Shown here: positions 40,101-55,100 of the stretch, in pieces
Layout of the letters: each line of letters starts with the position of its first letter
Position numbering within the stretch: position 1 is the first letter of the stretch
Source: Haliotis rufescens
Taxonomy: Eukaryota
Length of the DNA: 64,000 bases
Direction: 5' to 3'
Assembly (NCBI RefSeq): GCF_023055435.1
Contig: NW_025963913.1
Coordinates: forward strand, 12,772,001 to 12,836,000
Notes under the pieces: generated by a model
What the model was told of the DNA's origin: nothing
Seen by the model: the letters and a program-made list of their open reading frames with translations, nothing else
The model's database searches: none
Position numbers and translations under genes: made by a program

Positions 40101-43100
40101 TCTGATATCAATTATGCCACAGTATCCACATGTTGTACCTCATCTGTTTTTAGCAACAGCCATGTTCAGTAACCCATTAAAGTCTTAATCAGCCATATTT
40201 TTTTTAAATATATTGAAATTGGGCACAGATGTAGTTATCATGTATGTTTTAGAGTCCACCTGTACAGCATACTAGTTGTTGTCATGGAAGTGAAGATACT
40301 GCCATGGCTTTGAAAATCAAAGCAACAGCAAACTTAGGAATCATTTATAAGCCTATCAGGGATATTGACCATTGGTTTTAATGAGACTTGTATTTTCATA
40401 ATAACCTCTAAGGAGTGCACTTTCCTTGTAAGACCTGTCATGACACTGCAGTTGAAAGACCTTCACAAGTTTGGCATGCTATTAAATATCTCTCATACTG
40501 TTTGACTGATGAAGCTGAAATTTGCAGGAACCCTTCTTATGAAGACCATTCGTCACCAATCGCCCCTTTCCGTAACCTGCAAGAGGACTTGTCCCCCTAT
40601 CGATGAATGTTATGTGTGAAAATACAACAAACCAAACAGAATGCGCATATGATTTCAAGTTCTTCGTCAAAGAATCCCTCAGAAATAATTTTTGATTTTC
40701 CATATGTCTTGCAGTGTTCCCGCTGGCTTTTGAAACTGCCAGTCCTTGCCAGTCCTGGCATCTCTTAAAATTACCAGTCCCCCCTAATTTCTGCCAGTCC
40801 CAACTTTCAACAAATAAAAAAACGTATGAAAAGTATTTGGTTTTAATTCTTTCAACATCATGTTCAATGCAAAGATGTCATCTCTGAAGTAACTTAGTTA
40901 GATCTATACGTCATTCACACAAACTTCAGTCACAATTTTCTCTTCTTTTTTTTGTATATATTTCGAGACAAGTCACTACAAATGGATATTTAACCTAGAA
41001 ATAGACAGGGGGAAACCCTGATGGTAACAGACAAGCCGACTTGAATATCACCGATGTTGTTCAACAACAAAGATGTATAAGGTACTCTATTTGCTGGTCC
41101 ACAGGGACTGGCAGTCTCATGAATTACCGGTCCAAGCCTAATTTTACCGGTAAAAAACTGGTTATTACCGGTAAACGGGAACGCTGGTCTTGCATCTAAA
41201 AATATACCCAAGACACAGTTACATGTGTTTAGTCATACTGTATAATTCCGCATGTCACGATGTGCTTTAAATTGCATCTGAAATATATATAATATATGGG
41301 GAAATATATGTGAACCATTACGCAACGACTTGACAATTGTTTAAGGTATGCCCATTTGCGCTAAAACGGAACCCGGTCACGAAAATGGTCACGAGAGGGG
41401 CACGAATTGCTATTCGGCTTGTCCCGGAATAACATGAGTTGGTCACGAATGTATGAAGACACCTTATCATGTTCAAATCAATGTGATTTTATTGTTTGAA
41501 TATAAATAACTTCAAATTTTACACAAAGTTTTGAGAAAAAGGGTACATGGCTTAATGTGATGTTGTGACTATAAGCAGATCTAAGTTTCTTCAAGACATG
41601 ACATATTTGCTTTCAATTTCATTGTCCTAAACGATGCTGCAAACGGACTTCTTTACCTCAGAATATTTTGCACCAATTTCACATTAACTCTGTCAATATT
41701 TGTGCCAAAATAAGGTTGGAAGTGTCATGAACTTTGATGTATGTACCAGATACTAGTATAGTGGTAGTATACATCTATGTTTCAGATAATAGCTTATTAT
41801 ATTCATAAGTCAGGTGAGCTACAGAGCTTTGTAACTATTTTTTGTGTTCAATTCTTCTGTATTCCTTTTGTTGGATTGTTGATTGTATATGATTGATATT
41901 AGTGGCATATTTTATTGTGCTAAATGTATCATACATATTTAGTGCATTAACTGTTTGCTGGTTTCCCGTAGCGCCTCACACAGGCTCCAGTGTGGTGTTG
42001 GATGTGTGGAATAACCATGTGATACTCCAGTCGTCAGCTCCAGACCAGATCCCGTACCTTGTATGTATATAGTGTGCTCAATTGTATCGATATTATATCA
42101 TCCTTTTAATTTTTAGTAAGTTCATTTTTGTTCTTAACCCTCTAGTGCCTATTGTAGCATATGCTACATAACACTTCACCCAGTGGGAATGTGTACTGTA
42201 AGGCTGTAAGAGTTGTCTCCCTTCAATGACCTTAATTTTGTCAACATTTTAAGATGGCCACTTCCATGTACAAGGCTTGCTTCTCTTCGGCAGTGTATGT
42301 CCAGAGTAATATACATTCTTTCAGGTTAGAACACATTATGCAAACTGTTTCTTCTCCTTCATGGGATATCTACACAACAGTTTGTGATGATTGTGTGGTG
42401 TTATTACATTTTGATCTTTTCATGCATATCCGTGTGTAGCATAGATGCAACAATGGGAATTAGAGGAACTGAAAAGGCAAGATAACTTCTCAAGTGAAGT
42501 TAAAGGAAACATTAATTTGGGGTTAAATTATTAGGTTTAAAAAATAAACAATTGGTTCTCAGGCAATGGCTCTTGAATACTGTAAATCTGGTAATTACTG
42601 CGTCTCCAAATTAATATGACTGCTGACCCCTAGCCAAAAATGAGACTCAATATCAATGCGACTTCCCCCACCCCATCCCCAGTGGAATGATGCATAGCCT
42701 TACCTTAATCCAATCAGAAAGCAAATAGCACCGCTTATTAACACTGAGTAGAGCACTTCTGTAAAAACAACAAAACAGTGTTTTCCTAAAAACAACAAAC
42801 AGTTTATATGTTTACTCTGTTGCCTGGCATTAAGGAAGTATAAAGGCAATAGAATAACTGAACAAACAACAGTTCACTGATAACTATGTGGAGAAGGTGT
42901 CAACAAGCTTGACACGAACGGGTAGAACTCTTGACCCCAGCAGTGATAACTCACCAGATGCACATTGTGTAATTCCTATTAATATTCCTTGAATGACATT
43001 GTTATATACTTGTTACAACTGCTGCTCAATATACCATCTTTGTGTTTATATTCAAGTTGGTATTCATACTATTCAAAGTGTGCAGTGAGGCCGTCTTATT

Positions 43101-46100
43101 GTTGACATTTGGAGACATAAATGTGAAGTTAATTAATGTGAGCAAAGACCACTCACATTTTTTTATTTAATTCACGCTCTCGTTAATTTCAAGATTTACA
43201 GTATATAGCATGGGCGGGCAGTATATTTTTTGTTCAAACTAGTACGTAACCAAATAAACGGTTGTGTACAATCAACCAGGGAAAAGGCCTCCCCGCATAA
43301 ATGTATTCCTTGATGAGTAAAATACTGGAATACAGTAATTGACTACCGCATGATACACTCTTTGTTTGTTTGTTGTTTAGTGCAACACTTAGCAATATTC
43401 CAGCTACATTGTATATGACAGCGGTCTGTAAATAATCAAGTCTGGACCAGACATCATGAGTATCGATCCATGCAATTGGGATACAATGACATGCATCAAC
43501 CAAGTCAGCGAGCCTGACCACCCGATCCTGTTAGTCGCCTCTTACGACAAGCATAGTCGCCTTTTATGGCAAGCATGGGTTGCTGAAGAATTATTCTACC
43601 CCGGATCTTCACAGGTCGCATAATACACGCATACAATGAGCTTTGATTTTTTTGTGAGCACACATCACTAGAAGAAGCATGTCAACATATCCATACTGAA
43701 GTACGCAAGTTAGTCCTATTATTACTCAATCTGGCAACAAAAGTGTTCATTGTGTATCTGGACATACTTTTTTAATCTATTATTTTCCTTTTATCCAAGA
43801 TTTCATTGAATTTTGTTACATTACGTTAATTTCGGCTAGTATGTGTATGAACTGATTTGCAAATCACATTGAATTACCATGAACTCGCCTTGAAACGAAC
43901 ACACAAAGATACAAAGTCTTCAGTCTTCCTAACACTACTGAAATTTCTTTTTAGGCATAATATTGGCCATGACATTAAGTATTACATAAACTAAATCACC
44001 CATAGATGGGGAGAACATGTGTGAACAGCTGATTGCTATTTCCAGCTTATTTTACAAGACAAATCCACATGCAAGCTTAACCTCTGCGTATGAAACATTG
44101 TCCGGCATACAGTACACAAATACCATTGAATTTGTAGATCATCATGTCTTGTGATGTTTTATTGTAAAATATCATGTTTTCATTTACCATATTTGCAAAC
44201 GACAAAACAAGCACACAAACTCCTATTGCCGCAATAACCGTAACACAATGATGCAGTGGCTTCAGATTCATCAAATGCTTGAATTGTGGACTCCATTTGT
44301 GTCTAAACAAAGACAGAAATTGGTTCCTAGGTTTACATCCCTGACTACAGACATTCTTCTATTCTGTCCAAACTTTGATACAGACCTAATTGAATTTTAT
44401 CTAGAGTGATTTTGATTTATTAAGTTACATTTGTGTTCTGCATTGTTGAATTCTTATTGGTTCTTGTTATTAAAACAGTTAGATAGAAGAAAACACATTG
44501 TTTGAGTTCACTACATGATTAAATGCCTCATTTATTGTCACAGTAAATATTAAAAAAGTGACTAAAATTTCAGCTGGGATGTTCAAATATAACCATAAAC
44601 AAATATTTGAATTTTTAGACATTTGGATCATGATGTGGACATAAGAGGGTTAACCAGATATGTACCTTAATTGTGCACAACATCTTCACTGTTTTTATGA
44701 ATCTTATCAATTCTTTTTTTTACCTCAGATGTTGGGTAAACTGGATTCAGCTGAAACAAAATGGCTGACATTGGTGGCTGAAGAAACAAAGATTGATGGA
44801 CTTGACTGGAAGATTATCCAGCATCAGCCGTCCCAGGAAAGAGTCCATGTCCAATACAGTGAGCAGTGACAGACAGACAGACAGACAGACACAGCATGTC
44901 ACTGGGAAACCCCAGTAACTGAACGTGCATTGTATCCAGTGTAGGGATGAGTTTCCAAAGTTCACCGGCCAGGAGGGCTTGTTTACAAAAAGTGTTGCAA
45001 CCCCTTCTCATGTTTTACTAGCACAAAACACTGCAAAATGAAAACAAATTGAAGCAGACTTTGACATTAAACGATGCCTTAACTGACTTGATGATTCATA
45101 GAAATATAGGTGTATTGACTGGAATTTCAATCAGATAGTCGGGCCAGCTTTGCAGAAATGTTACTAGTCCAGTTCAAAAGTCATTGGCATAGGCAGCTAT
45201 TTCTAACACTGATTGTATCATCCAAACTGTACATTGAATTATTAGAATTTCAAGACAAGTTGAGTGGTAAAACTGACAATAAGACGAAAGTGAGTGTTTT
45301 ACAGTATGTGATCACAGTGGCCTGGATGGGAAGGGAGTGAAAGTTAGGATTAGGATACACAATCTGCCTAGGTACATACAGCAACCATCCAGTCAGCATG
45401 GGCCAACTCTGCTTCACCTTTTCTGTACTGATACCTCGCAAGTGGGAAGAATGGAGTGGTTCTGTTTATCCCCAGGATATATAATTTACGGAGCATAACT
45501 TGAAAACTTGAAAACTGTGAAAGCTAAACTTGGTAATACAATAACCAGGGGTACCTTTTGCTATTTTGTGAGCCAGGGGTATTTGTCATCTTATGATGAC
45601 TCTTGTTTTAAATTTGTTTCAACCTGTTTCACACAATCACAGAACTCCTACTACATCGTACAATCAGATACATGCTCTCACAGTTTTGTTTGACCCATGA
45701 AGATCCGGGGTAGAATAAGTCTTCAGCAACCTATGCTTGTCTCTCCGTGAAGATCAGGGGTAGAATAGACCTTCAGCAACCCATGCTTGCCGTAAAAGGC
45801 GACTATACTTGTTGTAAGAGGCGACTAACCTGATTAGGTGGTCAGGCTCGCTGACTTGGTTTGATGCATGTCATTGAAATCCAATTGCGTGGATTGATGC
45901 TCATGATATCAGTCACTGGATTGTCTGTTCCAGACACCATTATTTACAGACTGCCGTCATATAGGTGGAATATTGCTGAATGGGGCGTTTCACAACAAAC
46001 AAACAAAGTTTGGTTGGTGTTCCCAAGTTTTCCTGTACACTTGTGAAGGAGGATCGTTTTGTATGAGGCGTTTTAGTGGTGGACTGAACTGACTCAAATC

Positions 46101-49100
46101 AAGCAGTAAAAACTCTTCTATGGCTTGGGTTGTCATTAATGATGTTGCTGTGTGTTGTAGGTGACCTGGACTACGAGAGTGTGTTGTGCATGCCGACATC
46201 AGCAACCCTCCCAAGAGACTACAAGCCACCTCTCATTGTCTTTCCACATGGTGAGGTTACAACAGGGTGTATCACCCTGGAAACATTGTGTCTCCTGAAA
46301 TGTAGTTCATAATTACATTGTAGGTTATTTGTTTGCTAACATTAAAGTTGCCATTGAAAATGATGTCCCATTGTGTTATGCAATATGATGCTTTTGTATA
46401 CCAAGATCAACACACATTCCAACATACCCCATCTTAAGTATGTAAGTAAATCCACCATCTACATATAGTTAGCTGCATAACAGAAATAATATATTTAAAT
46501 TGGTTCTGATTTTATCATAGATCAATATTTTGTATGTTGTAACATCTTCTTGATATCTTCAAATCAGTTGTTTCCCATAGAAATGTTGTTCTGAGTTATT
46601 TATTGTTCGTACCCTGTATATGGGAAGTCTGTTTGTTGTTGCATTGAGATGGATATGTGTGAAGGCTAGTCCACTGTTTCAGGTGGCCCACACACCACGT
46701 TTGACTGCCAGTTCCAGATGTACACAGCAGGCTTCTGTCAGTGTGGATATGCTGTGCTCATGGGTGAGTAGGTCAAGGATATGCTGTGCTCATGGGTGAG
46801 TAGGTCAAGGATATGCTGTGCTCATGGGTGAGAAGGTCAAGGATATACTGTGCTCATGGCTGAGTAGTTCAAGGATATGCTGTTCTCATGGTTGAATAGG
46901 TCTAGGATATGCTGTGCTCATGGGTGAGTAGGTCAAGGATTAACTGTGCTCATGGGTGAGTAGGTGAAGGATATGCTGTGCTCATCAGTGAGTAGGTGAC
47001 AGATATGCTGTTCTCATGGCTGAGTAGGTCAAGCACGGGTATGCTGTTTTCATGGGTGAGCAGGTCACAAGCAGCTTCTATGGCAGAATATAGGTTCAGG
47101 ATAAGGTGACCCCCTTACACATTTGAACGCAAGAAGGTGACGTGGGCTTGGGTGGCCAGGTGCTACAACCTCACAATTCTCTCAATGGATTTTTTTGAAT
47201 GGACACTCCTGATCTGTAAAATTCTGAATTTCCTGCTCAATTAGTTTATGTTATGTTGTCTTTTAATGTTTTAGTGAACTACCGTGGCTCTGTTGGGTTT
47301 GGTCAGAACAGTATTGACTCTCTCCTTGGAAATGTTGGGGATCAAGATGTGAAAGATGTCTGGGTGAGATGGGTAACAGATTTGTTACCTTTCAACAGCA
47401 ATAATTCTTGAAGAGTGACTGAGAACTATTTTCATGTTAAACTGTCAGCAATGTTTCAGCTGCGAGGGGTGTTCATTAAAGATTTCCCCTAAACCACTTT
47501 TAATAGGGTTATCATATTTGGTTGAAATTTCACATGTGTAATGATACATGTATCTATGGGTTATGTCTGAATTTGCAGCACCGAAGTATTAATCTTACCA
47601 CTTTTACAGGTGTTATGATCGAGTAGGGTGTGACAATGGAGCCAGTAGAATACCGAGCAGTGATTAGGTTTTTATATTTGAAAGGTCGCACACCAAAAGA
47701 GACTTTCGATGAAATGAAAGCAACTTATGGGGAAGATGCCCCATCGTATGACGTTGTTAAACACTGGCATCGCCAGTTCAAGTGTGGTCGGACATCTGTG
47801 GAAACAGCTGCCATTCCTGGTCGCCCCCATTGAGCCATTAATGAGGACACTATCCATCAAGTGGAGACCGCCATTTTGGCAGACCGATGTATAACTGTTC
47901 GCCAGTTAGCACAAGATGTCAAGATCAGTGTAGGGTCTGTGGAAAAAATCATCCATGACAATTTGAACATGCATAAGGTGTCTGCACGATGGATTCCCAG
48001 GTTGCTCACATCTTTCCAAAAGCAGGAACGAGTCAATTGCTCAAAGGATCTTTTGGACATGTGCCAAAAAATACAGGCAAACTTTTTTGACAGACTTATC
48101 GCACAAACATGGGTCCATCACTATGATCCTGAGACTAAAGTTCAGTCGATGCAATGGAAGCATGTGGGGTCACCACCCCCAAGGAAGTCACGTGTCCAAC
48201 CAGGGTCATGCTCACGGTGTTTTGGGACCAGCACGGAGTAGTGATGATGGATTTCTTGGCAAAGGGTACCACAATTACAGGAGCTTATTATGCTTCACTG
48301 CTGCGGAAATTGCGGGACGCTATCAAGCTTAAGAGGCGTGGCATGCTGACCAAGGGTGTCCATCTCCTGCAAGACAATGCTCCAGTACACAACACTCTCA
48401 TGTTGCCCAGACAGAAGCGCGGTCCTGTGGCTATGAAATCCTTCCACATCCTCCTTACTCTCCTGACCTTGCACCATCTGACTTCCACCTCTTTCCAACC
48501 ATGAAGTCATTTTTGAAGGGAAAACGTTTCACAGATGATGAAACACTGATTTCTGAAGTCAAGTCCTGGTTTGAGATGCAAAATGAGGGCTTTTACAAGC
48601 GAGGTCTCCATAGTTGCATAAAACGATGGGAGAAGTGTGTAACTCTTGTTGGTTCCTATGTGGAGAAAGACTAATACCTATGCCAAGTTTCATTCCACTA
48701 GGTCCATCGGAAGTGGGTCTGGGGAAATCTTTAATGAACACCCCTATCATTGTTGCCTCTTATAATCATGTCTGGACAAGGCAACCTTGTTGCTGACATA
48801 TCACATATTTTAAACCCCTTAATGAGTTTTTATCCCCTGCCTGGCCAGAATGGCCGAAGGGGGATTATGTTGTGGCGCAGTCCGTCCGTCCCTCTGTCTG
48901 TCCGTCCCACAGAGGGAACTAAGCTTGTGAAATCAACTCCTCCTACAGTTTCCAGAGAATATCCCTGAAACTCTACACACAAGATGTCTACATGTTGATG
49001 ATACGCATATCGCAGTCCCGTTTCATTTCGCCTATTTTTGACAGAGTTACTGCCCCTGTTTTACAGAACTTCATTTGCCTCATTGTGAGAGAGGGTACTA

Positions 49101-52100
49101 AGCTTGTGAAATCAACTCCTCCTACAGTTTTCAGAGAATATCCCTGACACTCTACACACAAGATGTCTACATGTTGATGATACGCCTATCGCAGTCCTGT
49201 TTCATTTCGACTAATTTTGACAGAGTTACTGCCCCTGTTTTATGGAGCTTCATTTGCCTAATTGTGAGAGAGGTACTAAGCATGTGAAATCAACTCCTCC
49301 TCCAGCTTTTAGAGAATATCTCTGACACTCTATACACAAGATGTTGACATGTTGATGATACACATATCGCAGTCACGTTTCATTTCGACTAATTTTGACA
49401 GAGTTACTGCCCTTGTTTTACGGAGCTTCATTTGCCTCATTGTGAGAGAGGGTACTAAGCTTGTGAAATCAACTCCTCCTACAGTTTTCAGAGAATATCC
49501 CTGACACTCTACACACAAGATGTCTACATGTTGATGATACGCATATCGCAGTCCCGTTTCATTTTTGACTAATTTTGACAGAGTTACTGCCCCTGTTTTA
49601 TGGAGCTTCATTTGCCTCATTGTGAGAGAGGGTACTAAGCTTGTGAAATCAACTCCTCCTACAGTTTTCAGAGAATATCCCTGACACTCTACACACAAGA
49701 TGTCTACATGTTGATGATACGCATATCGCAGTCCCGTTTCATTTCGACTAATTTTGACAGAGTTACTGCCCCTGTTTTACGGAGCTTCGTGAAATCTACT
49801 GCTCCAGTTTCCAGAGAATATCACAATATCTAACTGTAACTATAACTATAGTTAGTTTCCTTGTATAAGGCTTTTGTGGGTGAGCTACATCCTTATGGCA
49901 TTAGCATTCAGACTGGATTACTCCCAACAAAATGTTCTGCACAATTGTTTCAAATGCAGTGCCATCTACTGTTGTTATTTCATAAAGTACAAAGAAAATA
50001 TAAACTCATTAAAAAAATTCATGCGGGGGATGTTGTGCTCTCAGAGCACTCTTGTCTTATCTTGAGTTAATCTGCTTTGATATCATACACTATTCAGGCT
50101 GCAGCCACGTCTGTGATTGAGATGGGTGCGGTGGACCCGGAGAGGCTGCTGGTATTTGGTGGTTCACATGGAGGCTTCCTCACAACACATCTGATAGGCC
50201 AGTATCCGGTACGTAGATGTATACTAGCTTCCTCACAATACATCTGATAGGCCAGTATCCGGTACGTAGATGTATACTAGCTTCCTCACAATACATCTGA
50301 TAGGCCAGTATCCGGTACGTAGATGTATACTAGCTTCCTCACAACACATCTGATAGGCCAGTATCCGGTACGTAGATGTATACTAGCTTCCTCACAACAC
50401 ATCTGATAGGCCAGTATCCGGTACGTAGATGTATACTAGCTTCCTCACAACACATCTAATAGGCCAGTATCCGGTACGTAGATGTATACTAGCTTCCTCA
50501 CAACACATCTGATAGGCCAGTATCCGGTACGTAGATGTATACTAGCTTCCTCACAACACATCTGATAGGCCAGTATCCGGTACGTAGATGTATACTAGCT
50601 TCCTCACAATACATCTGATAGGCCAGTATCTGATACGTAGATGTATACTAGCTTCCTCACATTACATCTGATAGGCCAGTATCTGGTATGTAGATGTATA
50701 CTAGCTTCCTCAGAACACATCTGATAGGCCAGTATCCGGTATGTAGATGTATACTAGCTTCCTCACAACACATCTGATAGGCCAGTATCCAGTATGTAGA
50801 TGTATACTAGCTTCCTCACAACACATCTGATATGCCAGTATCCGTTGCGTAGATTTATACTAGCTTCCTCACAACACATCTGATAGGCCAGTATCCGGTA
50901 CGTAGATGTATACTAGCTTCCTCACAACACATCTGATAGGCCAGTATCGGGTACGTAGATGTATACTAGCTTCCTCACAACACATCTGATAGGCCAGTAT
51001 CCGGTACGTAGATGTATACTAGCTTCCTCACAATACATCTGATAGGCCAGTATCTGGTATGTAGATGTATACTAGCTTCCTCACAACACATCTGATAGGC
51101 CAGTATCCGGTATGTAGATGTATACTAGCTTCCTCACAACACATCTGATAGGCCAGTATCCAGTATGTAGATGTATACTAGCTTCCTCACAACACATCTG
51201 ATATGCCAGTAGCCGTTGCGTAGATTTATACTAGCTTCCTCACAACACATCTGATAGGCCAGTATCCGGTACGTAGATGTATACTAGCTTCCTCACAACA
51301 CATCTGATAGGCCAGTATCCGGTACGTAGATGTATACCAGCTTCCTCACAACACATCTGATAGGCCAGTATTCGGTATGTAGATGTATACTAGCTTCCTC
51401 AGAACACATCTGATAGGCCAGTATCCAGTACGTAGATGTATACTAGTTTCCTCACAACACATCTGATAGGCCAGTATCTGGTACGTAGATGTATACTAGC
51501 TTCCTCACAACACATCTGATAGGCCAGTATCTGGTATGTAGATGTATACTAGCTTCCTCAGAACACATCTGATATGCCAGTATCCCTTGCGTAGATTTAT
51601 ACTAGCTTCCTCACAATACATCTGATTGGCCAGTATCCGGTACGTAGATGTATACTAGCTCCCTTACAACTCATCTGATAGGCCAGTATCTGATACGTAG
51701 ATGTATACTAGCTTCCTCACAACACATCTGATAGGCCAGTGTCCGGTATGTAGATGTATACTAGCTTCCTCACAACACATCTGATAGGCCAGTATCCGGT
51801 ACGTAGATGTATACTAGCTTCCTCACAACACATCTGATAGGCCAGTATCGGGTACGTAGATGTATACTAGCTTCCTCACAACACATCTGATAGGCCAGTA
51901 TCCGGTACGTAGATGTATACTAGCTTCCTCACAATACATCTGATAGGCCAGTATCTGGTATGTAGATGTATACTAGCTTCCTCACAACACATCTGATAGG
52001 CCAGTATCCGGTATGTAGATGTATACTAGCTTCCTCACAACACATCTGATAGGCCAGTATCCAGTATGTAGATGTATACTAGCTTCCTCACAACACATCT

Positions 52101-55100
52101 GATATGCCAGTATCCGTTGCGTAGATTTATACTAGCTTCCTCACAACACATCTGATAGGCCAGTATCCGGTACGTAGATGTATACTAGCTTCCTCACAAC
52201 ACATCTGATAGGCCAGTATCCGGTACGTAGATGTATACCAGCTTCCTCACAACACATCTGATAGGCCAGTATTCGGTATGTAGATGTATACTAGCTTCCT
52301 CAGAACACATCTGATAGGCCAGTATCCAGTACGTAGATGTATACTAGTTTCCTCACAACACATCTGATAGGCCAGTATCTGGTACGTAGATGTATACTAG
52401 CTTCCTCACAACACATCTGATAGGCCAGTATCTGGTATGTAGATGTATACTAGCTTCCTCAGAACACATCTGATATGCCAGTATCCCTTGCGTAGATTTA
52501 TACTAGCTTCCTCACAATACATCTGATTGGCCAGTATCCGGTACGTAGATGTATACTAGCTCCCTTACAACTCATCTGATAGGCCAGTATCTGATACGTA
52601 GATGTATACTAGCTTCCTCACAACACATCTGATAGGCCAGTGTCCGGTATGTAGATGTATACTAGCTTCCTCAGAACACATCTGATATGCCAGTATCCCT
52701 TGCGTAGATTTATACTAGCTCCCTCACAACACATCTGATAGGCCAGTATCTGATACGTAGATGTATACTAGTGTCAAAGCTGGACAAAGACGTTCTCTGG
52801 GTCCATGTATTTTATTAATACTGAAGATGGTAGACCTAAACAATAATATACAAACTTTTAATATACTTGGTAACATCATGTATAGCCTTTCATAGATGAT
52901 AATGGTGTATCGTATCTGCATATTACACATGCATATAATAATCATATATGGCTGAAAGTATCAGTTATCATACATTTATATTTCATCATAGTAATACACA
53001 CAGTGTAGTTCTTTTCAATGAACTCAATGCATAAAAGTACAATATAAACATTTGCATGGTAGAAAGTATCTTTTACATACAATGTCAAATGTACCAATAG
53101 CACTCACAGTAACTTCCAGTAAACTAACAGATCCAGTGGGTCTGAACACCTTTATAACAGTTTATATACTAAATAATCTAACTAATTACAAAGTAACTAA
53201 CATAAAGAAAGTATAGACAAACAAATGACAATGTACCCGTTGAGGTTTATAGACCTACCCCCAACTACCTCTGTTACATCTGTAAACGACCGGAATGGGC
53301 TTCCAGGCCTAGTAGGACGTAACTACAATACAACATGCAAAACTGACAATTCCATTCAAATACAGTCTTAGTATTTAACAACTTATCAATGCCTAATTCT
53401 ATAAACCACTCTGAGATTCGAGCCTTATTTAAGTCCCTCGCTTGCACGTGGCATTGAAACGTTAACAAAACGGAACAAAAGAAAAACAATGGAGTAGAAG
53501 TGTATAATTACAGTACAAGGGAAATTCGCGTCTCATGCAGTACAGCATGACCAACGGGAGATAACTGCTTATGGGATAGGTAGCTATAACAGTAGTCACT
53601 ACAACTAAAACCCGTACTTAATTTGTTAATCTCATTACACAATTTAAATATTATGCACTTCTTTGTGCTCACACAACCATTGAGAAAAGAAATGTTGACT
53701 AGGTTACAATTCTACTACTACTATGCTGATGAAAATATGTGTAAGCAATGAAACAGCCTCTCCACGGCGTTCCTATACTGACTATAGTACAGTGGCTGCT
53801 ACAAGATGGTAATTCGATACTTAACACAGTTTCTACAAAATTAAACTTTGCCACTAAAACCATCACAGACAAATGTACTTCTATAGCATCAAACAACAAT
53901 ATATCTGCTAAAGGGGTGTACTTACTCATTGATAAGATAGCTAATTAGAGCTTGTCCAAAACAATGTGCTCTGTGTTGAAACAATGTGCTCGGCTGGCTG
54001 GCTAAAACAATGGAATTGGCCTGAGCGCGAGATGGAGTGGTAAGCACAGCATTTTGGGATATCCCACAGTAATTAACTAAGGCCAGATACGTATTTGTGA
54101 ACTTGTAGGAAATAAACAAATCTTAAAAGGATATGGTTACATTAATGTGACATATAAAATAACTTCTTAATCAGGAATGTTTACAAACATTCCCGAGCAC
54201 AGTCGGAAACTGCCGAAGATGATGTAAGCAAAAGTGCGTGTCTGATAGCTACTTTACACTAGCTTCCTCACAACACATCTGATAGGCCAGTATCCAGTAC
54301 GTGGATGTATACTAGCTTCCTTACAACACATCTGATAGGCCAGTATCCAGTACGTGGATGTATACTAGCTTCCTTACAACACATCTGATAGGCCAGTATC
54401 TGATATGTAGATGTATACTAGCTTCCTCACAATACATCTGATAGGCCAGTCTCTCATATGTAGATGTATACTAGCTTCCTTACAACACATCTGATAGGCC
54501 AGTATCTGATACGTAGATGTATACCAGCTTCCTCACAATGCATCTGATAGGCCAGTATCCGGTACTTAGATGTATACCAGCTTCCTCACAATGCATCTTA
54601 TAGGCCAGTATCCGGTATGTAGATGTATACTAGCTTCCTCACAACACATCTGATAGGCCAGTATCCGGTCTGTAGATGTATACTAGCTTCCTCAGAACAC
54701 ATCTGATATGCCAGTATCCGTTGCAGAGATTTATACTAGCTTCCTCACAACACATCTGATAGGCCAGTATCTGATACGTAGATGTATACTAGCCTCCTCA
54801 CAACACATCTGATAGGCCAGTATCCGGTATGTAGATGTATACTAGCTTCCTCACAACACATCTAATAGGCCAGTATCCGGTATGTAGATGTATACTAGCT
54901 TCCTCACAACACATCTGATAGGCCAGTATCCAGTATGTAGATGTATACTAGCTTCCTCACAACACATCTAATAGGCCAGTATCCAGTACGTAGATGTATA
55001 CTAGCTTCCTCACAACACATCTAATAGGCCAGTATCCAGTACGTAGATGTATACTAGCTTCCTCACAACACATCTGATAGGCCAGTATCTGATACATAGA

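Noticed and set aside
53274-54119. Short ORFs within the 1.5-kb insert
   Set aside because: No recognisable domain or consistent frame; compatible with non-coding LTR sequence
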